Virus record (IMG/VR): IMGVR_UViG_3300029922_000038
Location: 25,353 to 89,352 of that record
DNA: 64,000 nucleotides
From: a virus
Direction: 5' to 3' (one strand)
Position numbers and translations under genes: made by a program. Positions 33,105-43,778 of this stretch are shown here, piece by piece. How positions within the stretch are numbered: the first letter of the stretch is position 1; each line of letters starts with the position of its first letter. The notes under the pieces were generated by a model. It had not been told where the DNA came from. It saw nothing but the letters and a program-made list of their open reading frames with translations, and made no database searches.

Positions 33105-36100
33105 TTATCTTAATACCTTTCTAAATATATGGGTAATATCATACAAAGATAGTTTAAAATTGTTAGTATTATTAAATATAAAGCGAGTTACTATATAATT
33201 ATCTGTAAATCTTTTCTTTAGATTATAGTTTTTAGAAGAACTCACGTTAATAGGATTTTTATTAGAATCAAAGAAAGGAAGAGCATAATTAACTACTAAA
33301 TCTCTAAACTTATTAATATTCCAAATCCCCCTTACATAAGAAGAAGTACCTCTATTTGTAATAGGTACTAATCCAGAAGATTGATAACTGTTATAAATAA
33401 TTACATCATCAAAAGTAGCTATTTGTAAAACACCATTGTTATCTATGCACTTAGTATCTAATAGAATAGATTGAGTTTGTTTATGTCCTTGTGTAGAATC
33501 AGTAAGAAGTGCATTTTCCACATATGGGGAACCCCCAGACTTATTATTCATTTGACCATAATTACCCATTCTATTAAGGGTAGCTTCTACTATAAAAGGG
33601 TAAACAGTACCAAAACTACCATATGGAGCACTATGGTGGAGTACTACATGATTAGCATTTCCAGGAGTTACATAAGGTACAGAATAAAAATTGAGTGAAT
33701 TATACATAAACATAGGACTATAATCATGAAAAGATGTCCATGATTTAGTATCTAATGAATATGAAAGGGTAAAACTATTATTTACAAAATAAGAAGTATT
33801 ATCTAATGAAAGTAGATTAGCATAGATAGTAACTAACCCTAAAAATGGATCCATGTAAGTAGTAGACCATGAATCTGGGCCTTGAGTACCTTCAGTTTCT
33901 GACCATACATAGAAATAACCATTTGTATAATAAAATTGATTAGGGGAAGGATTAGTAGAAGAGTTATATAATCCAGGATTTACAAGTGTGTAATCTTTCT
34001 TATAAACAAGTATTCTTCTATATTTAGCATCATAAGCACATGAATAACCTATACCATTAGGAACCCACCCATTTTCAGGAATTAATTTAGCAAGTGAATC
34101 TAAACCATTTATTTGCTGGGCAATAGAAAAATAAGCGTTATTTAGAAAGAAAGATCTCATACCAACTTCTGATATTCTTTCATCTTCTCCAGTAAATAAA
34201 AAAGCTTCACATCTACGAGTATCTATTGAAAAATAACCTTTTGGTGTTAATATATTAGCATATGCAGTAGGTAATCCTAAATAACCATCTTCAGATGATT
34301 TAAGTTCAATGGGAGTTTGTTCTAAGAAAGCCCCTGTACCTACATTAACAGTACCTTCAGTAGTACCAAACTTTAATTCATCTGTTGATATTACATAAAG
34401 CGTATTTTCAAGATGTATATAAACCCTATTATGATCTACCCATATATCTTTAATATTACCTTTCTCTCTTGGCATATCCTTATAATTATTTATAAGAAAT
34501 TGTCTATAAGCATTAAATACATCTTCATCTCCTCTCATAACAGAATAAGCTATTCTATTAAGAAGTTGATTTTCTTCACTTATATTAAGTGGTTTTGGTA
34601 TATATTGAGTTACTGTATTTTCAGCAGAATAATCTATATTATAAGCATAAAAATTATCTACTGTTACAGGTAATTCTAATATTGTACCACTTGGAGAACC
34701 AGAATAAATTCCTGTCTTTGGGTAATATGATTTAGCCATAGAATTATCTACGGGGTTCATATCTGCCCCACCATTTCTAAGAGATACATTAACTGTAGAT
34801 TCAATAGGTACATAGTTAATAGCTGCAATAAAAGTTTTTGTACCGTTTACAAGACCTGATTCAACAGTAGAAGATGCAAAAGTAGTAGCATCTCCTTGTA
34901 CACTTCTTCTAAAATAGAAATTTGATATAAAAGTATCTCCTTGACTATTTAAAACAGTATATGAATTAATACCTCCTGAAGTAAGTGCAGCATAAGTAGC
35001 GATAGATGCTGGTGTAGGTAAAAATACTGTTGCTCCAGCATACATATAACTAAGCTGGTCTAATGTATTATATTGGGCACTATATTCTTTCTTTAAATTA
35101 GTAATATAATAAGCTGCCCAATTTCCAGTATTTACGGTTGAGGTAATAACACCTTGGCCAGAAGCAAATGGGTTTCCTGTAATATCATAAGCATGAGAAG
35201 GAACAGCAGTTAATCCAAATTGAGGAGTAGTTGCTGATGCAACGCCATCTCCACTTAATACTTCATCTGGATAATTTAATTGATTATATGGAGTTCCTGC
35301 ACCAGAAGTATCAATAGACATAAAAGAAGGCCCACCATCATTATTAATAAAAACTCCACTTGGAGAACTTAGTACTTCAACAGAACTATTTGCTTGTATT
35401 TGTTTAACTGTATTTATTAATCTCTTTTGTTGAGCATGGCCATTTGATAGGGGATATATATTAATTCCTGTAATTGGCCCAGTAACTTGGGCAAGACCTA
35501 CTTGAAGTGGCCTATTTACTACACCTGGATCTGTTAAAAAATGAGATGTATTAGCTATTAGCCCACTATATAGATGAACATCTGCATTATTAAATGCTGG
35601 ATCATTCTGTGTAGCATAAGCAATATACTCATTAGATAAATAATCAGGAATTACTTGAGAAACAGTATTAAATCTATCTTCTGGGCTAAAAAAAGAAAAT
35701 TGATTTTTAATATCACCAAAATAAGAACCAAGATAAGTATTTACGCATTGTGTTCTACCAGAATAAGGAAAACTATTAATTACATGTCCTCCAGAGGCTC
35801 TTTCAGTAAAATTAAATAATGCCCCCTGCATAAGAATACTTTTATTGGAGGAATTTCTTTGAACTCTTACAATAGAGTATCCTGTTATTTTATTAAGTAA
35901 AACAGTAGGAAGATTAATATTTGTAATATTTAATCTAAGTATCCTTCCTATTCTTTCAGTAACATTATTAGAACCATCTCTTGTAACCCTATAATGAGGA
36001 CTTTTAGCAATAGATGGCATTCTATGATGTCTAACAGGAGTACCCGCAAGTGATCCCCATTCTGCTGTATTTGGATATAATTCTGTTGATTGCCAATAAG

Positions 36101-37433
36101 CAAGTAGATTAGTATTACCTGAAACTTCTGTATCTGCTGTATTATAAGCTTTCCAAGTAGGACATCCAGCACCATAAATAGTATCTGTTACAGTACCATC
36201 ATCTCTTCCAGGAATTAATGCTCTACCTGGAATATGATAAGCATAACTACTTGTAGCATCATCAAAATGCCAAACAATAGCAAGAGCATATACTTCATCC
36301 TTCATATAAGAACGAGAATCATTATTTATGGATTCTCCATCCATTGCTCCTGGATTATTATAAGCACTTTTATAATTAACCGTATCACTATCAAGATTAA
36401 ATTCTTCAGTATAATAATATACTTTTATTTGATTAGCTATTTGCTGATATTCAATATCTGTAGTTTGAGTTAAGCCACCAAGTATGAGTGTATTATTTAA
36501 TTGAGATATAGTATTAGCTGTACCATAAGTAGAATAAGTTTGAGTAACTGCACTTACTGTGGTAGGTATTAAAGTAGCAGTATTAGTAACTTGATAGGTC
36601 GTATTAAATAAAGAAGAAGATACTGGTATATTAGGTGTTTGATAGTAAGTTTTAACACCGTTTATACTTTGTATAATAATAAGATTATAATAAGCTATAT
36701 CCCCACCTAAATTAGATATAGCAAAAGTAATAGCTTTCTCAGTAGCCAAACCACTTTCAGCACCATCATAATCATAGTTATCTAATGAATTAAGATTAAT
36801 ATCAGAGGTTGGCTTATTAGTAATAGAAATAGGGTCACACACAAACATATAGTTTGATGGTTGAAAGTCACTATTTAAAACCTGAATAGTTGCTTGGTAA
36901 GAACCTGCTTCTAATTGTCCACTACCATCCTGAACAGAATCTAAGGATACTTGAGGCCATACACTTAAATAAAATAAAGATAAATCTTCTTGCGTAATTG
37001 TAGAAGCATCAAAATTATCTATATTTAGATATGATGGTGGATTAAAACCATCTGTCCAATAAATTTCTCTTTCATTATAGTCATTTATATAAAATGTACC
37101 TCTTATTTGATGAAGTGGAGAGAAGTTTAATAAGTCAGATGAAAAAATGATAGATAAATTACCATAATTATCTACTAACGCTATCTTAGAAGCAGGAGTT
37201 ACCGTAGAATATCCTATATAGGATAAAAAAAGTATTGTATTTCCATCCCCAAAGTTTATCTTACCTATTGGGGTAAAATCAGCAGGTAAATTGGCAAAAT
37301 TAGAATAACCTTTCTCATTTGTAAGGTTATAATTGCCTTGTTCATCATAAATTACTGCATTTCTGGCATCACTCCAAAACCCAGGTGGTACAAATCTACT
37401 ATCTCCATCTACCCACAGTCCTTTATTAAGCAT
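33105..37433 (-). CDS. Tail stabilisation / muzzle (nozzle) protein
   Basis: 1442 aa, beta-rich; N-terminal KGLWVD..ARN, IYWTDG.NPP, SYMKDEVY and WTSFHDY are typical of crAss-like stabilisation proteins. Confidence 0.75.
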   Translation of the reverse strand: MLNKGLWVDGDSRFVPPGFWSDARNAVIYDEQGNYNLTNEKGYSNFANLPADFTPIGKINFGDGNTILFLSYIGYSTVTPASKIALVDNYGNLSIIFSSDLLNFSPLHQIRGTFYINDYNEREIYWTDGFNPPSYLNIDNFDASTITQEDLSLFYLSVWPQVSLDSVQDGSGQLEAGSYQATIQVLNSDFQPSNYMFVCDPISITNKPTSDINLNSLDNYDYDGAESGLATEKAITFAISNLGGDIAYYNLIIIQSINGVKTYYQTPNIPVSSSLFNTTYQVTNTATLIPTTVSAVTQTYSTYGTANTISQLNNTLILGGLTQTTDIEYQQIANQIKVYYYTEEFNLDSDTVNYKSAYNNPGAMDGESINNDSRSYMKDEVYALAIVWHFDDATSSYAYHIPGRALIPGRDDGTVTDTIYGAGCPTWKAYNTADTEVSGNTNLLAYWQSTELYPNTAEWGSLAGTPVRHHRMPSIAKSPHYRVTRDGSNNVTERIGRILRLNITNINLPTVLLNKITGYSIVRVQRNSSNKSILMQGALFNFTERASGGHVINSFPYSGRTQCVNTYLGSYFGDIKNQFSFFSPEDRFNTVSQVIPDYLSNEYIAYATQNDPAFNNADVHLYSGLIANTSHFLTDPGVVNRPLQVGLAQVTGPITGINIYPLSNGHAQQKRLINTVKQIQANSSVEVLSSPSGVFINNDGGPSFMSIDTSGAGTPYNQLNYPDEVLSGDGVASATTPQFGLTAVPSHAYDITGNPFASGQGVITSTVNTGNWAAYYITNLKKEYSAQYNTLDQLSYMYAGATVFLPTPASIATYAALTSGGINSYTVLNSQGDTFISNFYFRRSVQGDATTFASSTVESGLVNGTKTFIAAINYVPIESTVNVSLRNGGADMNPVDNSMAKSYYPKTGIYSGSPSGTILELPVTVDNFYAYNIDYSAENTVTQYIPKPLNISEENQLLNRIAYSVMRGDEDVFNAYRQFLINNYKDMPREKGNIKDIWVDHNRVYIHLENTLYVISTDELKFGTTEGTVNVGTGAFLEQTPIELKSSEDGYLGLPTAYANILTPKGYFSIDTRRCEAFLFTGEDERISEVGMRSFFLNNAYFSIAQQINGLDSLAKLIPENGWVPNGIGYSCAYDAKYRRILVYKKDYTLVNPGLYNSSTNPSPNQFYYTNGYFYVWSETEGTQGPDSWSTTYMDPFLGLVTIYANLLSLDNTSYFVNNSFTLSYSLDTKSWTSFHDYSPMFMYNSLNFYSVPYVTPGNANHVVLHHSAPYGSFGTVYPFIVEATLNRMGNYGQMNNKSGGSPYVENALLTDSTQGHKQTQSILLDTKCIDNNGVLQIATFDDVIIYNSYQSSGLVPITNRGTSSYVRGIWNINKFRDLVVNYALPFFDSNKNPINVSSSKNYNLKKRFTDNYIVTRFIFNNTNNFKLSLYDITHIFRKVLR

Positions 37434-37453
37434 CTATAATTAGAAAATATAAC

Positions 37454-37463
37454 TACAAATATA
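37454..37463 (-). promoter_or_regulatory. TAnnTTTG-type promoter element
   Basis: TATATTTGTA on the - strand, 20 nt upstream of the muzzle ATG. Confidence 0.5.
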
Positions 37464-37498
37464 ATGAAAATATAATTATGAGATATAAATATTATTTA

Positions 37499-38200
37499 TT
37501 AAAAAAGCCCACCATGAAAATCTATATGTTCTCTTTCTTCAAGACCTTTACCAAAGTTATGGTTAGGATGAGTTAGAGGTACTAATCTTTTCCAGCTATT
37601 TATAAAAGCTATCATTTTAGGCTTATCTGGTAAAGATCCTTTAAACATAGCTTTTCTTACATATGAGTCATACATTTCCTTTGCCTCTTTAAAGTTAAGT
37701 GCTGGATGTTTATAACCTAACCCTATTAATTTTAATATACAATAATATAAACAAGCTTCATTAAAAAGATACATATCTGGTATCATAAGATAACCATTTT
37801 CATCTAATTCATGTGCTTCATATGATATTTGAAAAGTTACACATTCCTCATCTGTTTTAATCCAACCAGGTTCTATAGTAAATCCTTTAGGAGAGTGATT
37901 ATACATATCATCTTCTGATTGTATATCTCTTTGATTGGTAAAATCACCAGTAGAATAGTTCATTGGCCTATGATGATGCCCTAAGTTATTAATTTTAATA
38001 CAATTAATAGGGATTTCAACTCTATGATCATGGGAAGTAAATGTTTCTTCTATTGTAATAGTTTGCCCACATATGCCAACATCTTCCATAACTTCTCCAA
38101 TCCACTCAATAGCAGGAAGTATAAGCCCATCATCAAATTGTTTAAAATCTCTAAATAATTTAGCTATTACTGTATAAGAGGATACTAATTGATAAATCAT
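37499..38200 (-). CDS. Tail tubular / ring protein
   Basis: 233 aa; IEWIGE, ISYEA..LDENGYLMIPD; upstream of the stabilisation gene. Confidence 0.65.
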   Translation of the reverse strand: MIYQLVSSYTVIAKLFRDFKQFDDGLILPAIEWIGEVMEDVGICGQTITIEETFTSHDHRVEIPINCIKINNLGHHHRPMNYSTGDFTNQRDIQSEDDMYNHSPKGFTIEPGWIKTDEECVTFQISYEAHELDENGYLMIPDMYLFNEACLYYCILKLIGLGYKHPALNFKEAKEMYDSYVRKAMFKGSLPDKPKMIAFINSWKRLVPLTHPNHNFGKGLEEREHIDFHGGLF

Positions 38201-38700
38201 ACTATTTCTTTTTTAACTTTTGGTATTCTAATTATTCTTTTTTGCAATTCAAATCTTTCATTAATCATAGTAACCTTATTAAATATCTCTCTCATTCTTG
38301 GCATAGAGCCCTTAGTACCTCTTACCATTCTTAATCTATATAGTTTACCATGTTTGATATTGGTTTTCTTTTTATTCCAATATAATAAAGGAAACCATTT
38401 ATCAGTATAATAAATAATTATAGGTTTTCCTTCTTCATCTCTTGGTACTTCCCCATTTATCCTTGTTTTATTAGTAGTTGGCCAATCAGGTTTAGGTTTA
38501 GCTGGATTTCTTTCTATTCTTTTTATTTGAAGAAAAGTAAGATTGTTCCCCATATAAAACTTTTTACCAGTAAATAGAACCTCATCCATTATTTTATCAG
38601 AGAAATCCATACATAGTTTTTTATAGGTATAAAAATCTATAGTAATAGAAGGATTATCCCTTATAAAACTTTTATATGAGTGTTTTAGGGTATAAGTCAA
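38197..38700 (-). CDS. IHF/HU-like protein (crAss-type)
   Basis: Basic 167 aa with helix then GKKFYM..NL..LQI and PDWPTT; conserved position next to the tail tube gene. Confidence 0.55.
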   Translation of the reverse strand: MTYTLKHSYKSFIRDNPSITIDFYTYKKLCMDFSDKIMDEVLFTGKKFYMGNNLTFLQIKRIERNPAKPKPDWPTTNKTRINGEVPRDEEGKPIIIYYTDKWFPLLYWNKKKTNIKHGKLYRLRMVRGTKGSMPRMREIFNKVTMINERFELQKRIIRIPKVKKEIV

Positions 38701-38944
38701 TTTTTCTATATTTTAAAATTAGAAATATAATAAGAGATGCTGCTAAAGTATCATAAATACCAAGGCTTTCTACAAACACAGCTTTAATTGTAAATCCATA
38801 AATAGTACTACATATAGCCCCAGATAATAGTAATATATAAGACCATAGAGATACTCCAGTAGTATTCTTGGTTTTAAATAACTTATATATCTGTGGTAAT
38901 GTACACATTATAATAAAAATATTATATAGTAAACCAAATATCAT
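38672..38944 (-). CDS. PQ-loop / SemiSWEET-like membrane protein
   Basis: 90 aa, three TM helices, LPQIYKLFKTKNTTGVSL signature. Confidence 0.8.
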   Translation of the reverse strand: MIFGLLYNIFIIMCTLPQIYKLFKTKNTTGVSLWSYILLLSGAICSTIYGFTIKAVFVESLGIYDTLAASLIIFLILKYRKIDLYPKTLI

Positions 38945-39633
38945 TATCTTTCTTTTATTGTATTAACTGGTAATCCATCATCATCAGTATCAATAGGCAT
39001 TTCTTTACTCATTTTAAGATCTCCACTAAGAATAGCTTGCCTCATTTGAGTAATCATATCTAAAGGCATGGGAAAAGGAGAATTATCATCAAAATCTGCC
39101 CCTCCTATATTTGGAAAATAATTAGCTGCTACTTTAGGGTTTTCAGCCACTACTCTCACTTTTATATCTCTTAACATCTTAGTACCAAAAATATAACCAT
39201 ATCCATTAAGATATAAAGATCTTATAGCTTTTCCTGTATATTTAGAAAAACCAAAATAATTCTGCTCCCCCATTCTAATAGGTTGTATTCTTGTTTTAGA
39301 ATCTACCCTATAAAATTCTATAATATCTCTTTTCTTACTTCTAATAGGTGCTGGTAATGGATTTACAGTTCTAAGAACATAATCTCCTGTATCTAATCCC
39401 ACTTCTGATGCTTCTACAAGAACTAATGGTACTGCACCATTTAACCATTGCCATAGAGAATCAGATAAGAATTTATTTTCATCTTCATCTCTTCTAATAA
39501 GAGTGGCTCTCCAATCATATATGAGATATTTAACTGTTCTTTTAGAAAGACCATATTGATCAGATAGTTTACCCCCATTAAATATTTGAAGAACTATATC
39601 AGTTATTTCAGTAAGAGATTTTAATATACGCAT
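38944..39633 (-). CDS. Tail ring protein
   Basis: 229 aa; WRATLIRRD, VVAENP and DDNSPFPMP resemble crAss-like ring proteins. Confidence 0.6.
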   Translation of the reverse strand: MRILKSLTEITDIVLQIFNGGKLSDQYGLSKRTVKYLIYDWRATLIRRDEDENKFLSDSLWQWLNGAVPLVLVEASEVGLDTGDYVLRTVNPLPAPIRSKKRDIIEFYRVDSKTRIQPIRMGEQNYFGFSKYTGKAIRSLYLNGYGYIFGTKMLRDIKVRVVAENPKVAANYFPNIGGADFDDNSPFPMPLDMITQMRQAILSGDLKMSKEMPIDTDDDGLPVNTIKER

Positions 39634-39923
39634 TATTCTACTTTTTCTTTTTCTTTAAATAATTCATTAAACCTACCAGTAATAAGAGGGGCAGCTATCA
39701 TTTTATGAATGCAATACATAATATCTGCTTTTTCTGTTAAATTTATATCAATTTCATCTATTGCAGTTCTTATTTTAAGAGCAAGTGCAAATCTATCAAG
39801 TTGTTGTACTTCTGTTCTATCTTTTTCAGGGGCACTTAATGCCATTACTGCATAGTTTTCAAACATTTCACAATCAGTAACACCATCTAAATCTTTAAGT
39901 TTTTGTTTAAAATTAACTTTCAT
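39633..39923 (-). CDS. Hypothetical protein (tail-fibre associated)
   Basis: 96-aa ORF downstream of the fibre genes. Confidence 0.55.
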   Translation of the reverse strand: MKVNFKQKLKDLDGVTDCEMFENYAVMALSAPEKDRTEVQQLDRFALALKIRTAIDEIDINLTEKADIMYCIHKMIAAPLITGRFNELFKEKEKVE

Positions 39924-40049
39924 TTTATATTTATTTATAATTTTTACAAAGATACGAAATTATATTATAATTATTGTCTGACCTTCTTCTAAAATTGATT
40001 CTAACCCGAAAAACTAAGTTCCTGAATATCCTTGATTTGCGTCCTTCTT

Positions 40050-40370
40050 CTATTCGTTAGCTACATTATTCCATTGATTTAGTACTGCTGTATTATAGTC
40101 AGCCTGAACTGAATCAAAACTTATCCCTTCATTGTTTAAAATCCTTGAAGGAAAATCTTTAACATCACTATAAACTGTGATGTCAGGAACACCGAGGTTA
40201 CTGCTTGTATTTTGCATATACTTCGCTAATGCGTAGCGGTTTAAATGATTTGCAGTTGAAGCATCTTCTGCAAATATTACAGGTATAGCCTCGGCTATTG
40301 CATTGTTAACAAATTCAGCAAAATATCCTGGTAATTGAATTGCCTCTATCATATTCTCCGTCATTTCCAT
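40050..40370 (-). CDS. Hypothetical protein (possible fibre chaperone)
   Basis: 106-aa ORF immediately after the tail fibre. Confidence 0.5.
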   Translation of the reverse strand: MEMTENMIEAIQLPGYFAEFVNNAIAEAIPVIFAEDASTANHLNRYALAKYMQNTSSNLGVPDITVYSDVKDFPSRILNNEGISFDSVQADYNTAVLNQWNNVANE

Positions 40371-40397
40371 AGTATCGGTTGTTTTTAGGTTTTGGGT

Positions 40398-43160
40398 TTA
40401 GAAAGAATTAACTATAATATAATCGAATGTACTTGTATCTAAGGAGTTGACAGATGTAACTGTAAAGGTTCCTGTTCCTTTTGCACTAATCTGCAATGAA
40501 CCTACATTGGTAGTAGAACTGGATGTATCTGACAGGAATATCTTTGAAGAAGCTACAACATTAGAATTTGAAATAGTTACAGTTCCTGCTACCAATGTTC
40601 CTGTTCCGGAAGGCTGATTACTGCCACTTTTTAAAGCAAAACAGCCATTAATATCAAACTGTGCTTTGGTTACACCATTTGCCATAAACAATGCAATAGG
40701 AGAACTTTGAGCCACATTATCAGCTATCAATGCCGCAGAGACTGTTGCAACATAAGTAGATGCCAGTGCAAACAATCCTCCAACCTGAACAGGACTTGTA
40801 CCACCATTTAACCCAAGTCCTTTAACACCTACATTTACAGCGGAATTTTTAGAAGTAACAGCTTCTCCCCGAACTCCTGTATTATCATTCCCATTTAGTG
40901 CCTGAAATAAACCACCTTGGTTAACCCCTGTGGTTGTACCATAACTATATCCATTTATACCCACATTTGTTGAAGTTCCTGCTGAACTATTTAGAAATAT
41001 ACCAGCAATCGTAGATGTACTGCCGGTATACCCACTGGCCGAGTAGTTAACCCTGAATATCTGAATGTTAGAAGGACTGCCTGTGCCTATTGTCTGCGTA
41101 ATTTCATAATCAATAACTCCAATCAATGAACCTGATGTTAGGTTAGGAACGGTATAAGAGAAATAGTTAACAGCAGATGCACCCTGTGGGGCTGTAATCA
41201 CCTGTGAAAGCAATCCGTTGGATGTAACAGCAAATTTTGTACTGTTTATTGCAAAAGATCCAGATGTAGAGATATTGCCTGCACTACTTACACTAAATTG
41301 AAAAGTGCTTCCTGCATATATCGAACCTGTTGTTTGTATAGTGTTAAAAGCAAAAATACTGTTTGCTCCTATCCCAAACGCATTATTTGAAGTATAGCCG
41401 CTCACAATCGGGTCAGCTGCAAACACATTAAAAGTAAACCCTGTAGAACCAGTTCCTGCAAAAGTCGGAGCATCAAAAGAATTCGCAACAAGTACAGAAG
41501 CACCACCTGACGGTACAGCACCACCTGTTAAAGTATAAGCTGCCACCCTTAAACCAATTCCTAAATAAGAACTTGAAAAGGTTATCCCTGATTTCGTTAA
41601 GACTAAATGATGAACAGCAGATGCACTGCTTACGCCCTGATAGAAATTTGTGCCGTCAAAACCAAAATTAGCAGTTGTAGCTAAAGCACCACCTGTTGTA
41701 GAGTAGATTATTTTACTTGCAGTAGGGGTAAACCAAGAAGGAGCTGTAGAGGCTCCTGAAATTAAGGCTAATCCCGCTGTGGTTGTACCTGCAAGTATAG
41801 CACCTGCACTTGCGGTAGAATAGAATATACCTCCATTGGAAGCTGTAAGGTTAGCATTTAGACCGGCGTTTGCAAGGGGTAATAAGCCAGTAACTTTTGC
41901 TGTTAGATCAATAGTACCTGCGGCAATCATAGCATTTGTAACCGCTAAATTTGCAATAGTAGTAGGAAAACTACCTGTCCCGCTTCCTGTCACATTACCT
42001 GTAAGAACAATGGTTTGATCCCCTGTATTAACACCTGAAACTGACACTGCTCCTGCCCCAATAGTAAGAACAGAAGTGTTAGCGGCATTTGCTGTTAAAG
42101 TTAATGTGCCACCATTTACTGTTAATGCAGTTGTAAAAGTAGCATTGGTTACTGTTCCTGCATTTCCTGTTACTGAACCTGTGATTGCATTGGTAACAGT
42201 TAAATCAATAAACCACCCTTTTACTATTCTTGTACCTGTTGAACCTATAATACCACTTGAATCTGTTGCAAGAATTGATGCTGCGGCTCCAGGTGCAGAG
42301 GAAGAAGTAATGGCATGGGTATGAGAAGTAGATGTGAGAGCATTTGATGTAGAAACTGTTAAAGTGGAGGGTGTTCCCATTGTAACAACTCCTGTACTTG
42401 TAATAGTAGTAAAGTTCATCCCATTGCCTGATGTAATAGATGTAACAGTTCCGCCTGTACCTGTACTAACTAAAGTTGAACCTGAAAAAGATAACCCACT
42501 TCCGAGTGTAATTTCCTGAATATTTGCTATTCCCCCTGTTGGATTTCCAACTAAGCTAACAACAGCTACTTGTTGAAATTTAGCATAAGTTACTTTATTA
42601 GTTCCAATAGTAGGGTTGGCGTATGTTCCTGTTAAGTCTCCTCCTGCAATGATACCTGATATTGTAGAAATACCACCAAGGCCAGCAAGCGTATAAGTAG
42701 GAATATTTAATACATTTGCTGCTAAAGAGGCTGAACCAGAAGAACCTGTAGTAGTTAATGAAGTTATTTCATTAGTATATGCAGAGTTCCAGTTAGATTC
42801 ATCTGTTGTGGAAGGTATATAGTAACCAGCAGTTAATGAAAATACACCAGTTATATTACTATAAGTAATAGCTGCTATAGAAGAGAATATTGCAGTAAGA
42901 GCAATATAAGAAGCTGGGTTTGCTGCATCATATGGTGTATAGCCAAGAGTTGCTATAATTTCAGCATATGTTAAATCAGTAGATAAATTAGCTTTAATAA
43001 GACTAAGAATAGCAGTCTTATCAAATTCTTTTAAATACCCATCTACTGTACCAACATACTCTAACCCCGAAGTACCAGTATAGAATTGTAAATAGGTTGC
43101 ATTTTTTAACCTATTTATATTCTTTATTTGTACATCAGTTAGAGAAGGAGTATTTGCCAA
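40398..43160 (-). CDS. Tail fibre / receptor-binding protein
   Basis: 920 aa, G/S/T/A-rich with fibre repeats (LGYTPYD, GGDLTGTY, GTVTSI, NTGDQT, GLLPLAN). Confidence 0.8.
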   Translation of the reverse strand: MANTPSLTDVQIKNINRLKNATYLQFYTGTSGLEYVGTVDGYLKEFDKTAILSLIKANLSTDLTYAEIIATLGYTPYDAANPASYIALTAIFSSIAAITYSNITGVFSLTAGYYIPSTTDESNWNSAYTNEITSLTTTGSSGSASLAANVLNIPTYTLAGLGGISTISGIIAGGDLTGTYANPTIGTNKVTYAKFQQVAVVSLVGNPTGGIANIQEITLGSGLSFSGSTLVSTGTGGTVTSITSGNGMNFTTITSTGVVTMGTPSTLTVSTSNALTSTSHTHAITSSSAPGAAASILATDSSGIIGSTGTRIVKGWFIDLTVTNAITGSVTGNAGTVTNATFTTALTVNGGTLTLTANAANTSVLTIGAGAVSVSGVNTGDQTIVLTGNVTGSGTGSFPTTIANLAVTNAMIAAGTIDLTAKVTGLLPLANAGLNANLTASNGGIFYSTASAGAILAGTTTAGLALISGASTAPSWFTPTASKIIYSTTGGALATTANFGFDGTNFYQGVSSASAVHHLVLTKSGITFSSSYLGIGLRVAAYTLTGGAVPSGGASVLVANSFDAPTFAGTGSTGFTFNVFAADPIVSGYTSNNAFGIGANSIFAFNTIQTTGSIYAGSTFQFSVSSAGNISTSGSFAINSTKFAVTSNGLLSQVITAPQGASAVNYFSYTVPNLTSGSLIGVIDYEITQTIGTGSPSNIQIFRVNYSASGYTGSTSTIAGIFLNSSAGTSTNVGINGYSYGTTTGVNQGGLFQALNGNDNTGVRGEAVTSKNSAVNVGVKGLGLNGGTSPVQVGGLFALASTYVATVSAALIADNVAQSSPIALFMANGVTKAQFDINGCFALKSGSNQPSGTGTLVAGTVTISNSNVVASSKIFLSDTSSSTTNVGSLQISAKGTGTFTVTSVNSLDTSTFDYIIVNSF

Positions 43161-43161
43161 T

Positions 43162-43755
43162 TTATTTTAATAAATCATAAAAGAAATTAAACTTAGTAAT
43201 TCTATCTTGTAATTGGTTTAGAGCAGGATTTATTCTTTTGGTTACAGATGATACTACAGCATCTGTATCTCCTAAATCTGCAATAAGATTAAGGGTATGA
43301 GTATCCCAGAACCACCCAGAAGTAAATAAAGGATATTTAATAGCTACTAAATTTGGTATATTTACTATATTATCAGGAGAAGGTATTTTCTTATTACAAG
43401 CAGTATAATTCCACTTACCTGTTAATTGAATATACCCTCTCCCTCTATAATCCCAACCATCAGTAGAGCCATTATTACCATTTCTATTACCATACACATA
43501 ATTAGCTATCTTCTCTGGTTGATGCGCATAGTCATCTGGGTTTTGTACATGAAAATAATTAGGAAAAACAGCAAGTAATTCAGCAGATGTATAGTTAAGA
43601 TTTTCAGTAGTTCTTGTAAAATTCATACTCTCATGGCTACACTGACTCATGAAGTGAGCTATTCTAAGTTCACTATTTATATCATACTTATCAAATACTG
43701 ATTGTAATTGATTATAAACAACATCTGGTATATGTCCTTTAAGTTTTTCTATCAT
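43162..43755 (-). CDS. Endolysin, glycoside hydrolase family 19
   Basis: AHFMSQCSHES, ENLNY, YRGRGYIQLTGK.NY, VTKRIN. Confidence 0.93.
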   Translation of the reverse strand: MIEKLKGHIPDVVYNQLQSVFDKYDINSELRIAHFMSQCSHESMNFTRTTENLNYTSAELLAVFPNYFHVQNPDDYAHQPEKIANYVYGNRNGNNGSTDGWDYRGRGYIQLTGKWNYTACNKKIPSPDNIVNIPNLVAIKYPLFTSGWFWDTHTLNLIADLGDTDAVVSSVTKRINPALNQLQDRITKFNFFYDLLK

Positions 43756-43760
43756 GGTAG

Positions 43761-43770
43761 TACAAATATA
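43761..43770 (-). promoter_or_regulatory. TAnnTTTG-type promoter element just upstream of the endolysin
   Basis: TATATTTGTA on the - strand, 5 nt from the ATG. Confidence 0.5.
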
Positions 43771-43778
43771 ATAAAATT

